From: an uncultured Acidimicrobiia bacterium | Lineage (GTDB): Bacteria > Acidobacteriota > Terriglobia > Versatilivoradales > Versatilivoraceae | Direction: 5' to 3' | Assembly (NCBI GenBank): GCA_963791795.1 | Contig: CAWBTP010000020.1 | Coordinates: forward strand, 837-64,836 | Length of the DNA: 64,000 nt | In this document: positions 40,625 through 51,017 of the stretch, in pieces | Layout: every line of letters starts with the position of its first letter | How positions within the stretch are numbered: position 1 is the first letter of the stretch | The notes under the pieces: model-generated | What the model saw: the letters and a program-made list of their open reading frames with translations, nothing else | What the model was told of the DNA's origin: nothing | The model's database searches: none | Position numbers and translations under genes: made by a program

Positions 40625-40755
40625 GTCAAGTTTGTTAGCTCACTGACCCCTCACCCCCAGCCCCTCTCCCATTGGGAGAGGGTGGCCGAAGGTGAAGTCT
40701 TGAGAAGACTTCACGCGGTCGCGAAGGCCGGGTGAGGGGTCAGTCTGAAACGGAG
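40625..40755. repeat. compound palindromic intergenic element (TGACCCCTCACCCCCAGCCCCTCTCCC ... GGGTGAGGGGTCA)
   Basis: Nested inverted repeats. The CTCACCCCCAGCCCCTCTCCC motif recurs at ~45980-46005. Confidence 0.5.
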
Positions 40756-40998
40756 ACCCAAACCTCGCCGGCATAGGATCGCTCGCTACGTCTTGTCCAG
40801 CGCGAGTTAGAGTGCCGTCCCCTGCGATCAAAGACATTACTCTGCACACAAGACTTTGGACTAACGCAGCGCCAGCAAGCTGGCGTGGGCCCGGCTGGAA
40901 CGAAAAGCGGTAGCAAGCTACCGCACTCCACAGCCCTCGCACTGGCTGTGCCTGGCAAAGGAGACGGCTCAGGCAGACACGTTGGGGATGCCTCAGCC

Positions 40999-43919
40999 CT
41001 ACCGCGGCGCACCTGCAACTACCGCATCGAAGGCTCCTTCGCCGCAGTGCTTCAAGATTTCAGAACGCACCGCGTCGCGAAGCTCAACCATGCTTCTCCA
41101 ACCCTGACCGGAGGGATTAATCACCGGACTGGCTACAACGCTGACTTTGCCAGGGCGTGGTAGCCAGGCTCCGTCGCGCAAAACGGTCCGTGTGCCGCAC
41201 AAAGCAACCGGCAGGATCGGACAACCCATTTCAACGGCCGATTTGAAAGCGCCCATCTGAAAGGGTCGCACGCCGTTGTGCGGGGTAAAGGTTCCTTCCG
41301 GGAAGACGTGGACAATTTCACCGGACTGCAGCCTTTTCGCGATGCCCTCGGCTATCGGCTGTCGCGTGCAAAGCGTCTTCCCGGCTGACCGTGAGGTAAT
41401 CTACACTTTCGGATAAAGGTGCCCACGAACGGCCACGAGGCAGCTTCACTCTTCGAGACAAAACAAATCGGAGCTGGACATACTGCTGCAACAACAAGCA
41501 CGTCCAGATAGCTGGCGTGGTTTGAAACCACAACCAGTGGCCGTCCCTCCTCAGCCTCTCGGACAGCTTCAGTCAGAAACTCCTTCCCGAAGATACGTGG
41601 CTTCAAGCCCGCCGAGACCAACGCCGCGCGGCACAGGAAACCAAGAGTTTTTCGCGCGCGCCGTCCGTTCTCCCCGCCGGGAAGTATCGTAACCAACATC
41701 CATCCGGGCAGCATCACGAGACTCAACGCCAACCATGCATAGATGCCGTAGATCGTCGGGAGGAATTGTGAGGCCGCATGCTTCAGGCGGTTTCTCCAGT
41801 TGCCAAGTGACAGGCGGAGCACCTGAACCCACGCGGGCAGAGGTTTTTTTGCCAGTTGCTCTCGCAAATACATCTGCTTGCAGGCATCCCGTCGGATCTT
41901 TCCACTCGAAGTCTTTGGCACCGTTTGTGGCGCCACAAGCCGGACTACATCCGGCGGAAGGCCCAGCTGAGTATCCACGCGAGATATGATTTGGCCTTCA
42001 ATTTCATCAAGCCGCGAACGATCCACCTCTCGGGTTTCTGCCACAACGACCAGCTTCTCGGTGCCGAGCTTCTGATCTGAAACGCCAAACGCAGCCACAC
42101 AACCCCGGCGCACGCCGTCTACTTCGCTGGCCACCTCTTCCACTTCCTGCGGGTAAAGATTGCGCCCACCCTTGATGATGACGTCCTTGATTCGAGCGGT
42201 AACAAACAGCTCGCCATCGGCCAGGTAGCCGAGGTCGCCAGTATCCACCCAGCCGTCTCCGCGCATCACCGTGGCGGTGGCAGAAGGATTCTTGAAGTAA
42301 CCCTGCATCGTGGAAGGACCGCGAAACTGAATATGACCCTGAACCCGTTCGCCTGCATCGTGAGATGCATCGTCAACCACCCTCACTTCGTGGCCAGGCA
42401 ACGCCCTTCCTTCGGAAACGAAACGTAATGGGGATGCATCCGACACCGAACAAGGCAGGGCCTCGCCCTTACTTTCGAAGCATTCGCGCCCAACAAGATC
42501 CACGCGAGGCTTTCGGCCGAGCGGAGGAAAGGTCAACGCCACCGAAGATTCCGCCAGGCCATACACGGGCAAAAACGATTCCGCACGGAATCCGTAGGGC
42601 TCAAAGCGGCGCGTAAATAGCTCCAGCGTATCGGGACTGATTGGCTCGGCGCCATTGAGAGTCACACGCCAACAGCTGAGATCGAGTCCCTCCAGTGCCC
42701 GATCGTCAATCTTGCGTGCGCAAAGCTCGTACGCAAAGTTCGGCGCTGCCGATACCGTCCCACGGTGCTCGTGAATCGCCCAGAGCCAGCGCTCTGGGCG
42801 GCTTAAGAACGCGAGGGGTGAAAGGATCGCAGTTGGAACGCCGAAACACAGCGCGGTGAGCCATGATCCGATCAGACCCATGTCGTGATACAGAGGAAGC
42901 CAGCTCACACCGAAGTCACCCGGCTGAAGGTTCAAACCCACGCCGATTGCGCGGATATTCGCCAGCAGATTGGAGTGTGTGAGGACGACACCCTTGGGGT
43001 CCCCAGTGCTTCCAGACGTGTATTGAATCAGGGCCATTTGATCACCGCGGGACACCGACCTCCCGCGAATGCCTTGCCGGCCCGCATTTTCCGCGGCCAA
43101 GTCCGAGACGGCAACAACGCCACGTAGAGAAGGAATTCCCGGCTTAAGAAGTCGGGCCAGTTTCTCGGCCTGGCGGAAGGTAATCAGAAAGCGCGCTCCG
43201 GCGTTCTGCAGAATCCGGGATTGACGCTGAGCGTACTCTTCCAAACGGCTGGCTTTGAAGGGGGGATAGATTGGGACTGGCACGCCACCGGCTAACAGTA
43301 CCCCGAAAAAAGCGAAGAAGAAGTCTGCACTCGTGGGAAGCATCAGCGCAACCGTCTCCCCCGGGCCAAGTCCCCGTATCGTTAGCCCAGCGGCGACTGA
43401 GGAGGCTCGAGCGAGTAGTTCTGCGTAGTTGATGACGTGCGGCTGCTGCTCCTCGCCATGAAGGTGAACATGCGGCCGCGTAGGATCGCGCTCCGCATAA
43501 CGTTCCAGCACATCGTTCAACGAGACAACGCCAGGAGAGTCGAGGAGGGAGAGCAGATCTCCAGCGACGACAGGAGGAGCGGCAGTGGCCGAGCCAGGCA
43601 GCGACATACGGACGCGAGCCGCCGCTGGCGCTTCCTGCAAGTCCTTACTCGAAGCACCGAGAGCCTTCACGAGATCCGCTGGCGTCTCAGCCTCAGTCAG
43701 GACCCGATCTGGCAAGGTCCGACTGAACTCTTTTTCGAGACGGGCAAGCAGCTCCACGCGTTCAAGGCTTCCCAGACCCAGCTCACGCTCGAGCGATGCG
43801 TGAGGGGAAAGCGACTGGAGAGCCCTTTGCGAACCGAGCTCCTGCAGCAACTGTCGGATGGTACCGAGAACACGAGATTCGAGGTCGAGAGTCTTTGGAG
43901 TGGGAGCGTTCGAGGCCAA
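40999..43919 (-). CDS. tri-domain acyl carrier protein / fatty-acyl-AMP ligase / lysophospholipid acyltransferase (PlsC) fusion, with a frameshift near 41352 inside the acyltransferase domain
   Basis: The N-terminal ACP motif LGLGSLERVEL, the AMP-binding motifs (YTSGSTGDPKGV; GYFKN; SSGKIRR) and the PlsC HxxxxD (NHASYLD) are in the 855-aa ORF. The rest of PlsC (FPEGT..., PFQMGAFK) continues in another frame at 40999-41350. Confidence 0.7.
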
Positions 43920-44304
43920 AGGAAGGAACTCCTGCAGACTAGGATGACTGAAGTGACTGTAACACGGAAGGGAGGTTTGGCTCTACCGGGGCCGGAGGGC
44001 GAAAATGGGGCGGGTTGGCAACGCTGCATGCAGACTAGCAGCCGCGTCGCGGCGCCACGTTCGATGAAACAAGGGAAGAATCCCCTCCTTGGACAAGGAG
44101 GGAGCAGCGGGGCGGCGCGCCGCTGCCAAGGTGGTTCGATCACGCGGACGAACACGGCACACCAACCACCCCAGCCGTGGCCGTTGGCCCCGGCATCCCC
44201 TCCTCGACTGAGGAGGGGAGCTTGTTTTCAGTCGAGATATTCAGACGAGGAATGCAGACGCAGTCTCAGCAGCTCGTTCTGGCTTCAACCACGCAAGGAG
44301 GCTG

Positions 44305-46086
44305 TCAATTTCCCTGCTTTGCTTCGCTGCCCTCATAGGTCTCCTTCAACGTCACAGGCGCCGGACGCATCGGTTCAAAGAGACCAAAGCAGAAGACATC
44401 TGTGGCTGAAGCCAAAGCGACGTATTGCTTTCCATTCACGCTGTACGTCATGGGAGAAGCGGTTATGAGCTGGCCGGTGTTGAAATGCCAAAGCACTTTC
44501 CCGGTTCGTGCGTCGGCCGCTGAAAGGTAGCCTTCGTTGTCGCCGAAGAAAACGAGCCCACCCGCAGTAGAAACCGTTCCCGGCCAGGGATCCATGGTGT
44601 CTTTCACCACCATGGGAATCTCCCACCGGATGTCTCCATTTTGAATGTCAATCGCACGCAGGAAGAACTGGCCCGGTTCCGCCGGGATTGCCTCCGCGCC
44701 CGTTCCATCGTAACACTCACCTTTCTTGTAGGGCCGCGCCGAGGTCGTGTAGATGTCGCATTGTTCAATGGTGACAACATAGAACAGTCCTGTCTCCGGG
44801 TTATAGGAGGGTGAAAACCAGTTGCTGGCACCCTTGATCCCAGGACAAGCAATTCTCCCTGCGGGTGTGGGATCCATGTCAGGAATTACGTCCGGCCGCC
44901 CATTAGGCAGGATGCCGCGAGCCCACGTCATCTTCTTCACAAATGGCTTGGCGAGCAAAACCTTGCCATCCGTGCGATCCAGAACATAGAAAAAACCATT
45001 TCGATTCGCCTGAACCAGTAGTTTTCGAGGTTTACCCTGAAAATTGGTATCGATGAGGACAGGAAACTCTTGCGCATCCCAATCATGAGTGTCGTGAGGC
45101 GTGAACTGGTAATGCCATTTGAGCTTGCCGGTGTTCGCATCAAGCGCTACAACGGAGTCTGAATAGAGATTGTCGCCTGGACGAGACTCGCCGTAGAAAT
45201 CAGGCCCTGGATTTCCGACTGTCCAGAACAGCAAATTCTGGCTGGCATCGTAGGTGCCCGTCATCCAGGTGCCACCGCCTGAGATACCAATCGGATGACC
45301 TCCCCACGACTCGAAACCCGGCTCACCGGGTCCGGGAATTGTATAAAAGCGCCACAACTGTTTACCGGTCGCAGCATCGTAGGCATCCACAAAGCCGCGC
45401 ATACCGCAATCGCCACCGGTCACTCCGACAATTACCTTGCCATCAATCGCCAGCGGCGCCAGGGTGGCACTAATCTGTGAATTCTGCTCATACCCGCCGT
45501 ATTCCTTGTCCCAAAGCAACGCGCCGGTCTTCGCATGCAACGCCAGCAAGTGCGCGTCGCTGCTCACGAAAAACACGCGCTCACCCAACACGGCAACGCC
45601 TCGGTTCCCGTCATGGCGCTTCGCCTGAACATACTTGTAATGCCAGATTTGCCGACCTGTGCGGGCATCCAGAGCGTAAACTTCGTTGGTGTGACTGACG
45701 TACATCACCCCATCCGCCACCACGGGCGTGACTTGCAGCCGCTTCGAGTCTTTGACATGGTAAACCCACGCCGGAACCAGGTTCCCCACATTGGTGGTGT
45801 TGACTTGTTTCAACAGGCTGTGGCGGCGGGCCGTGAGATCGCCAGAATAGCTCAGCCAGTTTTCAGCCGGCATTTTCAACAGGTCCTGGAAGGCAACTTC
45901 GGCTTGCGAAGGCAACACCAGCAACAGCAGAAGACACAACGTGCAGGCCGAACATGCTTGCCGGATGCGCAACGCCAGGTACGCACCCTCACCCCCAGCC
46001 CCTCTCCCGCGTTCGGGCGAGGGGAGCCAGCCCTTGATCCACATCGCGCAGAACAACCAAACTCGGTAGGACAGTGTTTTTTTCAT
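44305..46086 (-). CDS. PQQ-dependent alcohol (methanol/ethanol) dehydrogenase family quinoprotein
   Basis: Signal peptide plus 8-bladed propeller with W-docking motifs. There is full-length similarity to quinoprotein ADHs. Confidence 0.85.
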   Translation of the reverse strand: MKKTLSYRVWLFCAMWIKGWLPSPERGRGAGGEGAYLALRIRQACSACTLCLLLLLVLPSQAEVAFQDLLKMPAENWLSYSGDLTARRHSLLKQVNTTNVGNLVPAWVYHVKDSKRLQVTPVVADGVMYVSHTNEVYALDARTGRQIWHYKYVQAKRHDGNRGVAVLGERVFFVSSDAHLLALHAKTGALLWDKEYGGYEQNSQISATLAPLAIDGKVIVGVTGGDCGMRGFVDAYDAATGKQLWRFYTIPGPGEPGFESWGGHPIGISGGGTWMTGTYDASQNLLFWTVGNPGPDFYGESRPGDNLYSDSVVALDANTGKLKWHYQFTPHDTHDWDAQEFPVLIDTNFQGKPRKLLVQANRNGFFYVLDRTDGKVLLAKPFVKKMTWARGILPNGRPDVIPDMDPTPAGRIACPGIKGASNWFSPSYNPETGLFYVVTIEQCDIYTTSARPYKKGECYDGTGAEAIPAEPGQFFLRAIDIQNGDIRWEIPMVVKDTMDPWPGTVSTAGGLVFFGDNEGYLSAADARTGKVLWHFNTGQLITASPMTYSVNGKQYVALASATDVFCFGLFEPMRPAPVTLKETYEGSEAKQGN

Positions 46087-46922
46087 GGTTCGGTTTCTTT
46101 TCCGTGTTCAATTCTCCGAGCCCGCTCTGCAGGGGTTTCCAACGATTGCCGACTGAGGAAAGCCAGGAGATTCTGTTTGTCGGTCGCCGACAAAGACGGC
46201 GTCGGCATCAAAGACCGTTTGTAATGGGTCAACGACTTGAGATCTTTCTTGAGAAGAAAATGAAACTTTCCTTGGGCATCCAAGATCTGAATGGAATAGT
46301 TGCTGTTGTTCTTGGCGACTCCCGAGATGCGCTGCCCTGCATGAGTCACGACCTCGACTTTGGCATAGCCCGGTTCCACCAACGCATCGGGAGTCTCAAT
46401 CGAGATCCTCAGCTTCTCTGCTGAGCGTCGCGCGCCCACGTTCGACAGGTCTGGACCTATCAGTCCTCCTCGGCCGCGAATCATGTGGCAGCCCGCACAT
46501 TGCCCAGTCGCGAAGAACAGCGACTCCCCTGCCGAGGAATCGCCTGGAACCTCCTGCTCGACCGCACTTAGATTCAAGCTTCGGATAAATGACACCATCT
46601 GCCAGATCTGGCTGTCTGACAGCGACGATGGCGGCATCTGCGTCCCAGCAACCCCTTCTTTGATGACCTCGAACATTCTCGCATCGGCCATTTTCTGGAC
46701 GCGCTCAATATCCGCCAAACGCGATCCACGTCCTCCCTGCCCGGTCGGCCCATGGCAGACTGCACAACCCGAATTGAACTGAACTCGGCCGGCTTCCGCG
46801 GCAGCCTTGTCCTTGCCAAATGGGTTGGTAATCTTCTTCTCCGGCGGTTTGTCCTGAGCACAGAGGGAGACAGCCAGAAACGCAGTGAGCAAACAAAAGC
46901 AACTCCAGTTCTTAGTTTGCAT
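46083..46922 (-). CDS. diheme c-type cytochrome
   Basis: Signal peptide and two CxxCH motifs (CAVCH, CAGCH). Overlaps the PQQ-ADH start by 4 bp. Confidence 0.85.
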   Translation of the reverse strand: MQTKNWSCFCLLTAFLAVSLCAQDKPPEKKITNPFGKDKAAAEAGRVQFNSGCAVCHGPTGQGGRGSRLADIERVQKMADARMFEVIKEGVAGTQMPPSSLSDSQIWQMVSFIRSLNLSAVEQEVPGDSSAGESLFFATGQCAGCHMIRGRGGLIGPDLSNVGARRSAEKLRISIETPDALVEPGYAKVEVVTHAGQRISGVAKNNSNYSIQILDAQGKFHFLLKKDLKSLTHYKRSLMPTPSLSATDKQNLLAFLSRQSLETPAERARRIEHGKETEP

Positions 46923-46974
46923 GACGAGGTAGAAGAGGTCTCATGCCCAAAGTGGGCGTCGCAAGAAACTCAAG

Positions 46975-47460
46975 TCACAGTTTTGCGCGCGCTGCACGTT
47001 CCAGTCTTTGTTCATCACAGAGTACTGGTTCCTGACGAAGCACCTGCGTAAAGCCCGAGGCCCCGAAGCTGATCTCCCCACCGGGGCGCGGAGAGTTTAG
47101 GCGAAGGGTCCAGCGATAGTAGGGACGATCGAAACAGATCAGTTGCTCTTTTACTTGCTCGCGCGAGATGTGGTCAAGCACCATCTCAGCGGCAGCGACC
47201 TGCATGCCGCTGTCACCCCAATCGACGCTCGTTCGCAAATCGGTAACATGATGGAACGTGAGAGTGGCTGCGGCGATCCTAAACTGGGCTGTTGCGCCAA
47301 CGCCGCACAGCCACTCGACAATGTAATCGATGTCGAAAACCAGATCGCTCTTCCACTGACTCACATCGTTATCGATGGAGAATCCATAGATCGGGTTGTC
47401 GTGCCACGACAACCGGTCGAAATCCGCTTCGGTAAGGATCGCACTGGGAGGGCCAGGCAC
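46975..47460 (-). CDS. hypothetical protein (161 aa)
   Basis: ORF with coding-like composition but no recognisable motif. Confidence 0.4.
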   Translation of the reverse strand: MPGPPSAILTEADFDRLSWHDNPIYGFSIDNDVSQWKSDLVFDIDYIVEWLCGVGATAQFRIAAATLTFHHVTDLRTSVDWGDSGMQVAAAEMVLDHISREQVKEQLICFDRPYYRWTLRLNSPRPGGEISFGASGFTQVLRQEPVLCDEQRLERAARAKL

Positions 47461-47467
47461 GGGGATG

Positions 47468-48511
47468 TCAACCCTTTAATACCCTGCGGACAATTTCGAC
47501 GGCCTCTTCCACCTGCGACCTTGAAACGTCCAGGTGAGTCACGGCTCGCAACCGCGTTGGAAACACGGGGCTCATCCGCAACCCCTGCGCGAGGAGCTTC
47601 TCCAGTAATTCCGAAGGCTTCAATCCTGTTTTGGCAATATCGAAAATTACGATATTTGTTTCCACGTCTCTGGGGTTCAACGCAATCCCTGGGATCTCAG
47701 CAAGTCCGGCTGCAAGGATCTTCGCGTTCGCGTGGTCTTCAGCCAACCTCTCGACATGATGACGCAACGCGTAGACGCCGCCCGCAGCAATGATTCCCGC
47801 TTGCCGCATGGCACCACCAAGGCGCTGCTTCCATTGCCAAGCTTCAAGAATGAAATCTTTGCTGCCCGCCAAGACTGCGCCCACAGGGGCTCCAAGTCCT
47901 TTACTCAGATCGATCCAAACGGAATCGAACCCAGCGGCAAATTCCTTGGCTGGCACTCCAGAGGCGACCACAGCATTGAAGAGCCGCGCACCATCCATAT
48001 GAGTGAAGAGCTGATGCCCCCGGGCGACGGCGCACACTTCTTGAATTGTCTTCAAAGGCCAAACAGTCCCACCCCCCATATTGGCCGTTTGCTCAACCGA
48101 GACGAGCCGCGTCTTTGGCTGGTATCGCGTTATCGGCCGGACTGCGGCTCGCGTCTGTTCGGCCGTAAAGACGCCTCGTTCACCCGGCAAGCCTGCAACG
48201 ATGACTCCGGCAAGCACCGCGGGCCCGCCGGCCTCGGAGTTCAAGGGATGAGCCGTTCGGTCCAACAGCACTTCGTCGCCGGGGCGGCAGTGCAGCTTGA
48301 TGGCGATTTGGTTGCACATCGTGCCCGACGGCAGAAATACTGCGGCTTCCTTACCGAGCAGCCCGGCTGTCATTTCCTGCAGTAAATTGACTGTCGGATC
48401 TTCACCCTTCTGTTCGTCGCCCACTTCGGCATCGCACATAAAGCGACGCATCTCGGCCGTGGGCTTGGTCATCGTGTCACTGAAGAGCTCGATTCTGATC
48501 CTGGGAGGCAT
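47468..48511 (-). CDS. ltaE: low-specificity L-threonine aldolase (PLP-dependent)
   Basis: N-terminal IELFSDTMTKPT and a PLP-lysine region. Full-length threonine aldolase similarity. Confidence 0.85.
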   Translation of the reverse strand: MPPRIRIELFSDTMTKPTAEMRRFMCDAEVGDEQKGEDPTVNLLQEMTAGLLGKEAAVFLPSGTMCNQIAIKLHCRPGDEVLLDRTAHPLNSEAGGPAVLAGVIVAGLPGERGVFTAEQTRAAVRPITRYQPKTRLVSVEQTANMGGGTVWPLKTIQEVCAVARGHQLFTHMDGARLFNAVVASGVPAKEFAAGFDSVWIDLSKGLGAPVGAVLAGSKDFILEAWQWKQRLGGAMRQAGIIAAGGVYALRHHVERLAEDHANAKILAAGLAEIPGIALNPRDVETNIVIFDIAKTGLKPSELLEKLLAQGLRMSPVFPTRLRAVTHLDVSRSQVEEAVEIVRRVLKG

Positions 48512-48699
48512 AAGGGCGGTTTCCTTGTGAAAACGGGCTATTCACCGCGAATGCGCGAAGGGCGCGTCATATCTGTCGCAGAGTGGCGTGAATGCTAACA
48601 AGCCATGAAAGAGGTGTCAAATGAGGGATGCGGAAGTAGCGGATCCCAACACAATCAGACCGCGAATGGACGCAAATGAACGCGAAGCCAGGAGATTTG

Positions 48700-48965
48700 T
48701 GAAATCTCTGATGGATGTCATGCAATCGGGCTTGCAGAGGCCATTGGGGTGGGATACCCACGACGCCCTGACGCCCTGCGTCACCTCCTGTGGTCAAAAC
48801 TCCTCTGCTCATTGTCGCGGGAAGCGACTCCCTTCGCGTGAATTCGCGTTCATGGGCGGTTTGGGAAGAAGTCGGACGACGCCCTTGACGCCTTGCGTCA
48901 TCTCCTGTGGCGAGAATCGCGCTACTCGTTGTCGCTGGCAGGGGCTCCTCGCGTGAATTCGCGTT
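48700..48965. repeat. two tandem ~115-bp direct repeats plus a related inverted partial copy upstream
   Basis: GACGCCCTGACGCC(C/T)TGCGTCA(C/T)CTCCTGTGG...CGCGTGAATTCGCGTTCAT occurs twice. ATGAACGCGAA occurs inverted at ~48660. Confidence 0.6.
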
Positions 48966-49028
48966 CATTCGCGGTTCTCTTCTGCTAGAATTTGCCGCTC
49001 GAAACGATCCAATCAAGGAGTGTGCCTC

Positions 49029-49949
49029 ATGAAACGAGCTTTGAGCTTTTTCATGCTTCTTGTCATAGCTTGTGTGCTGGCCTTGCCCTTGCAGGCCCAG
49101 GTTCTCACGTTCACGCGCGAGCAGCTCATCAAGTTTACCGAGAAGAATCCGTTCGAGCGTTTTCCAGATGGGCGGCCAAAGGTTCCTGATCAGATTCTGG
49201 AGAAGGTGAAGGAGCTCTCGGCCGAGGAAGCCTGGGGAGTGCTATCAGCCGCGAAGTATCAGAACCAGTTTGCCGGCGGGTTTCGCTTGCTGCATCCCGG
49301 CAAGAAACTGGTGGGACGCGTTGTCACAGCCCAATTCATGCCGCTGCGCCCGGACGTGGCTGAAGTGGCGGATGCAGAAGCCAAAGCGAAAGGCATGACG
49401 AAAAGCAACAACCAGCGCGTGATCGATATGCTTCAGAAGGGCGATGTTGTTGTGGTCGATCTTTTCGGAAAGATTGAGGGCGGCACTTTTGTGGGTGACA
49501 ACCTCGCGACCGCGATCTTCTCGGCTACCAAGGCCGGATTCGTGGTGGATGGCGCCATCCGCGATCTGGAGGGAATCTATCCTCTGGACATGGCCGCTTA
49601 CTTCCGAGGAGTCCACCCCACGCCCATCGGAAACGTGATGTTGACGGGAATTAACATTCCGATTCGTATTGGTGAAGCGACCGTGATGCCAGGCGACGTC
49701 GTCTTGGGCGACCGGGAGGGTGTCTACTTCATTCCGCCCCATATGGTTGAGGAGATCGTAAAGAAGGCCGAGATCACTCACATTCACGACGAGTGGACCA
49801 AGAACAAGTTCCTGACAGGGTCCTACAAATCCAGTGACTTGTACAGCACTCCTACTGATGCGAAGCTGAAACAGGAATATGAAGACTATCTCAAGCAGAA
49901 ACTCGGCGCTGTGAAATACGAAGAGTACAAGAAGGGACAGAAGAAGTAA
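49029..49949 (+). CDS. RraA-family protein (RraA/4-hydroxy-4-methyl-2-oxoglutarate aldolase-like) with N-terminal signal peptide
   Basis: The RraA-like core (GDVVVVD, GDNLATA, FVVDGAIRD) is preceded by MKRALSFFMLLVIACVLALPLQA. Confidence 0.7.
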   Translation: MKRALSFFMLLVIACVLALPLQAQVLTFTREQLIKFTEKNPFERFPDGRPKVPDQILEKVKELSAEEAWGVLSAAKYQNQFAGGFRLLHPGKKLVGRVVTAQFMPLRPDVAEVADAEAKAKGMTKSNNQRVIDMLQKGDVVVVDLFGKIEGGTFVGDNLATAIFSATKAGFVVDGAIRDLEGIYPLDMAAYFRGVHPTPIGNVMLTGINIPIRIGEATVMPGDVVLGDREGVYFIPPHMVEEIVKKAEITHIHDEWTKNKFLTGSYKSSDLYSTPTDAKLKQEYEDYLKQKLGAVKYEEYKKGQKK

Positions 49950-50005
49950 GGCGGAAGAGTCAAGCTCCTGGCATGTCCTGTGGTTGCTAGGCTCGCTGCG
50001 CTGGC

Positions 50006-50881
50006 GTGCGCAACATACCGCAAGAATGGATGTTAGCGACTTCTATGCTCCATGTCTTCTGGGACACTCGCGGCTATTTCTTCTGGTTGCTGGTGATCTC
50101 GATCAGCTGTTGGGTGCTTGAACGCCTGGCGCCGTGGCGTCCCGCGCAGCGCGCTTGGCGGGACCAGTTTGGCCAGGATTTGTTCTGGCTGGTGTTCAAC
50201 GGTCACTACGCTGGAATCCTTCTGGCCAGCGCTTCAAGCTGGACGCTAGGGATCATAACGGAGACGCTAAACCCAGGTTTTCTGTGGGTGCCGGAACCCA
50301 TCCGATTTCTGGCGGCACGCCCTCTCTGGCTGCAGTTTGTCGTGTTCCTCGTTGCCAAAGACTTCCTGGAGTTCTTGATTCACAACCTCCTTCATCGCAT
50401 TCCTTTCCTATGGGAATTCCACAAGTTACACCATAGCATCCGTGAGCTCGATTGGATCGGGAATATGCGTTTTCACTGGATGGAGATCGCTGTCTACCAC
50501 AGCCTCACTTACCTCCCTCTGTTCCTACTGAATGTTGATTCCCGCGTCATCCTGTGGATTGCGATATTCACGACGATCATCGGCCACCTGAATCACTCCA
50601 ATCTGAACCTGGACTGGGGAGTTTTTCGTTATCTGCTGAATTCGCCAAGGTTGCACATCTGGCACCATGACCTGATGCCGCACCAGCGGTATGGACAAAA
50701 CTTCGGCATTGTCTTCAGCCTGTGGGATTACTTATTTGGTACGGTCTATGCGCCTGCGCAAGGTTACCCCGCCAGACTAGGCTTCGAAGGCATGGAGCAG
50801 TTTCCTCAGGGGCTCGTCTCCCGACTGATCTATCCCATCGGCGCCGGACTCAAACACAAACGAGAGAGTCACGCTAGTTGA
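50006..50881 (+). CDS. fatty acid hydroxylase / sterol desaturase superfamily membrane protein
   Basis: Histidine boxes HNLLHRI, HKLHHS, WHHD. Confidence 0.8.
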   Translation: MRNIPQEWMLATSMLHVFWDTRGYFFWLLVISISCWVLERLAPWRPAQRAWRDQFGQDLFWLVFNGHYAGILLASASSWTLGIITETLNPGFLWVPEPIRFLAARPLWLQFVVFLVAKDFLEFLIHNLLHRIPFLWEFHKLHHSIRELDWIGNMRFHWMEIAVYHSLTYLPLFLLNVDSRVILWIAIFTTIIGHLNHSNLNLDWGVFRYLLNSPRLHIWHHDLMPHQRYGQNFGIVFSLWDYLFGTVYAPAQGYPARLGFEGMEQFPQGLVSRLIYPIGAGLKHKRESHAS

Positions 50882-51017
50882 CATCGTTTTCCGAATCACG
50901 GTCTGCCAATAAGGAACTTCGTGTCCATAGAGGCCGGCTGGATTCCGGCTCGCACTTCGCTTGTCCGGAATGACGAAGCGGCGAGATCCTGAGCATGGTT
51001 TGGGGCGAGAAGGCTTC

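Noticed and set aside
43437-44468. 343-aa plus-strand ORF between the PlsC-fusion and PQQ-ADH genes
   Set aside because: It overlaps the 5' end of the fusion gene antisense and the PQQ-ADH 3' end, has low-complexity R/S/P-rich sequence and no recognisable domain. It is likely non-coding.
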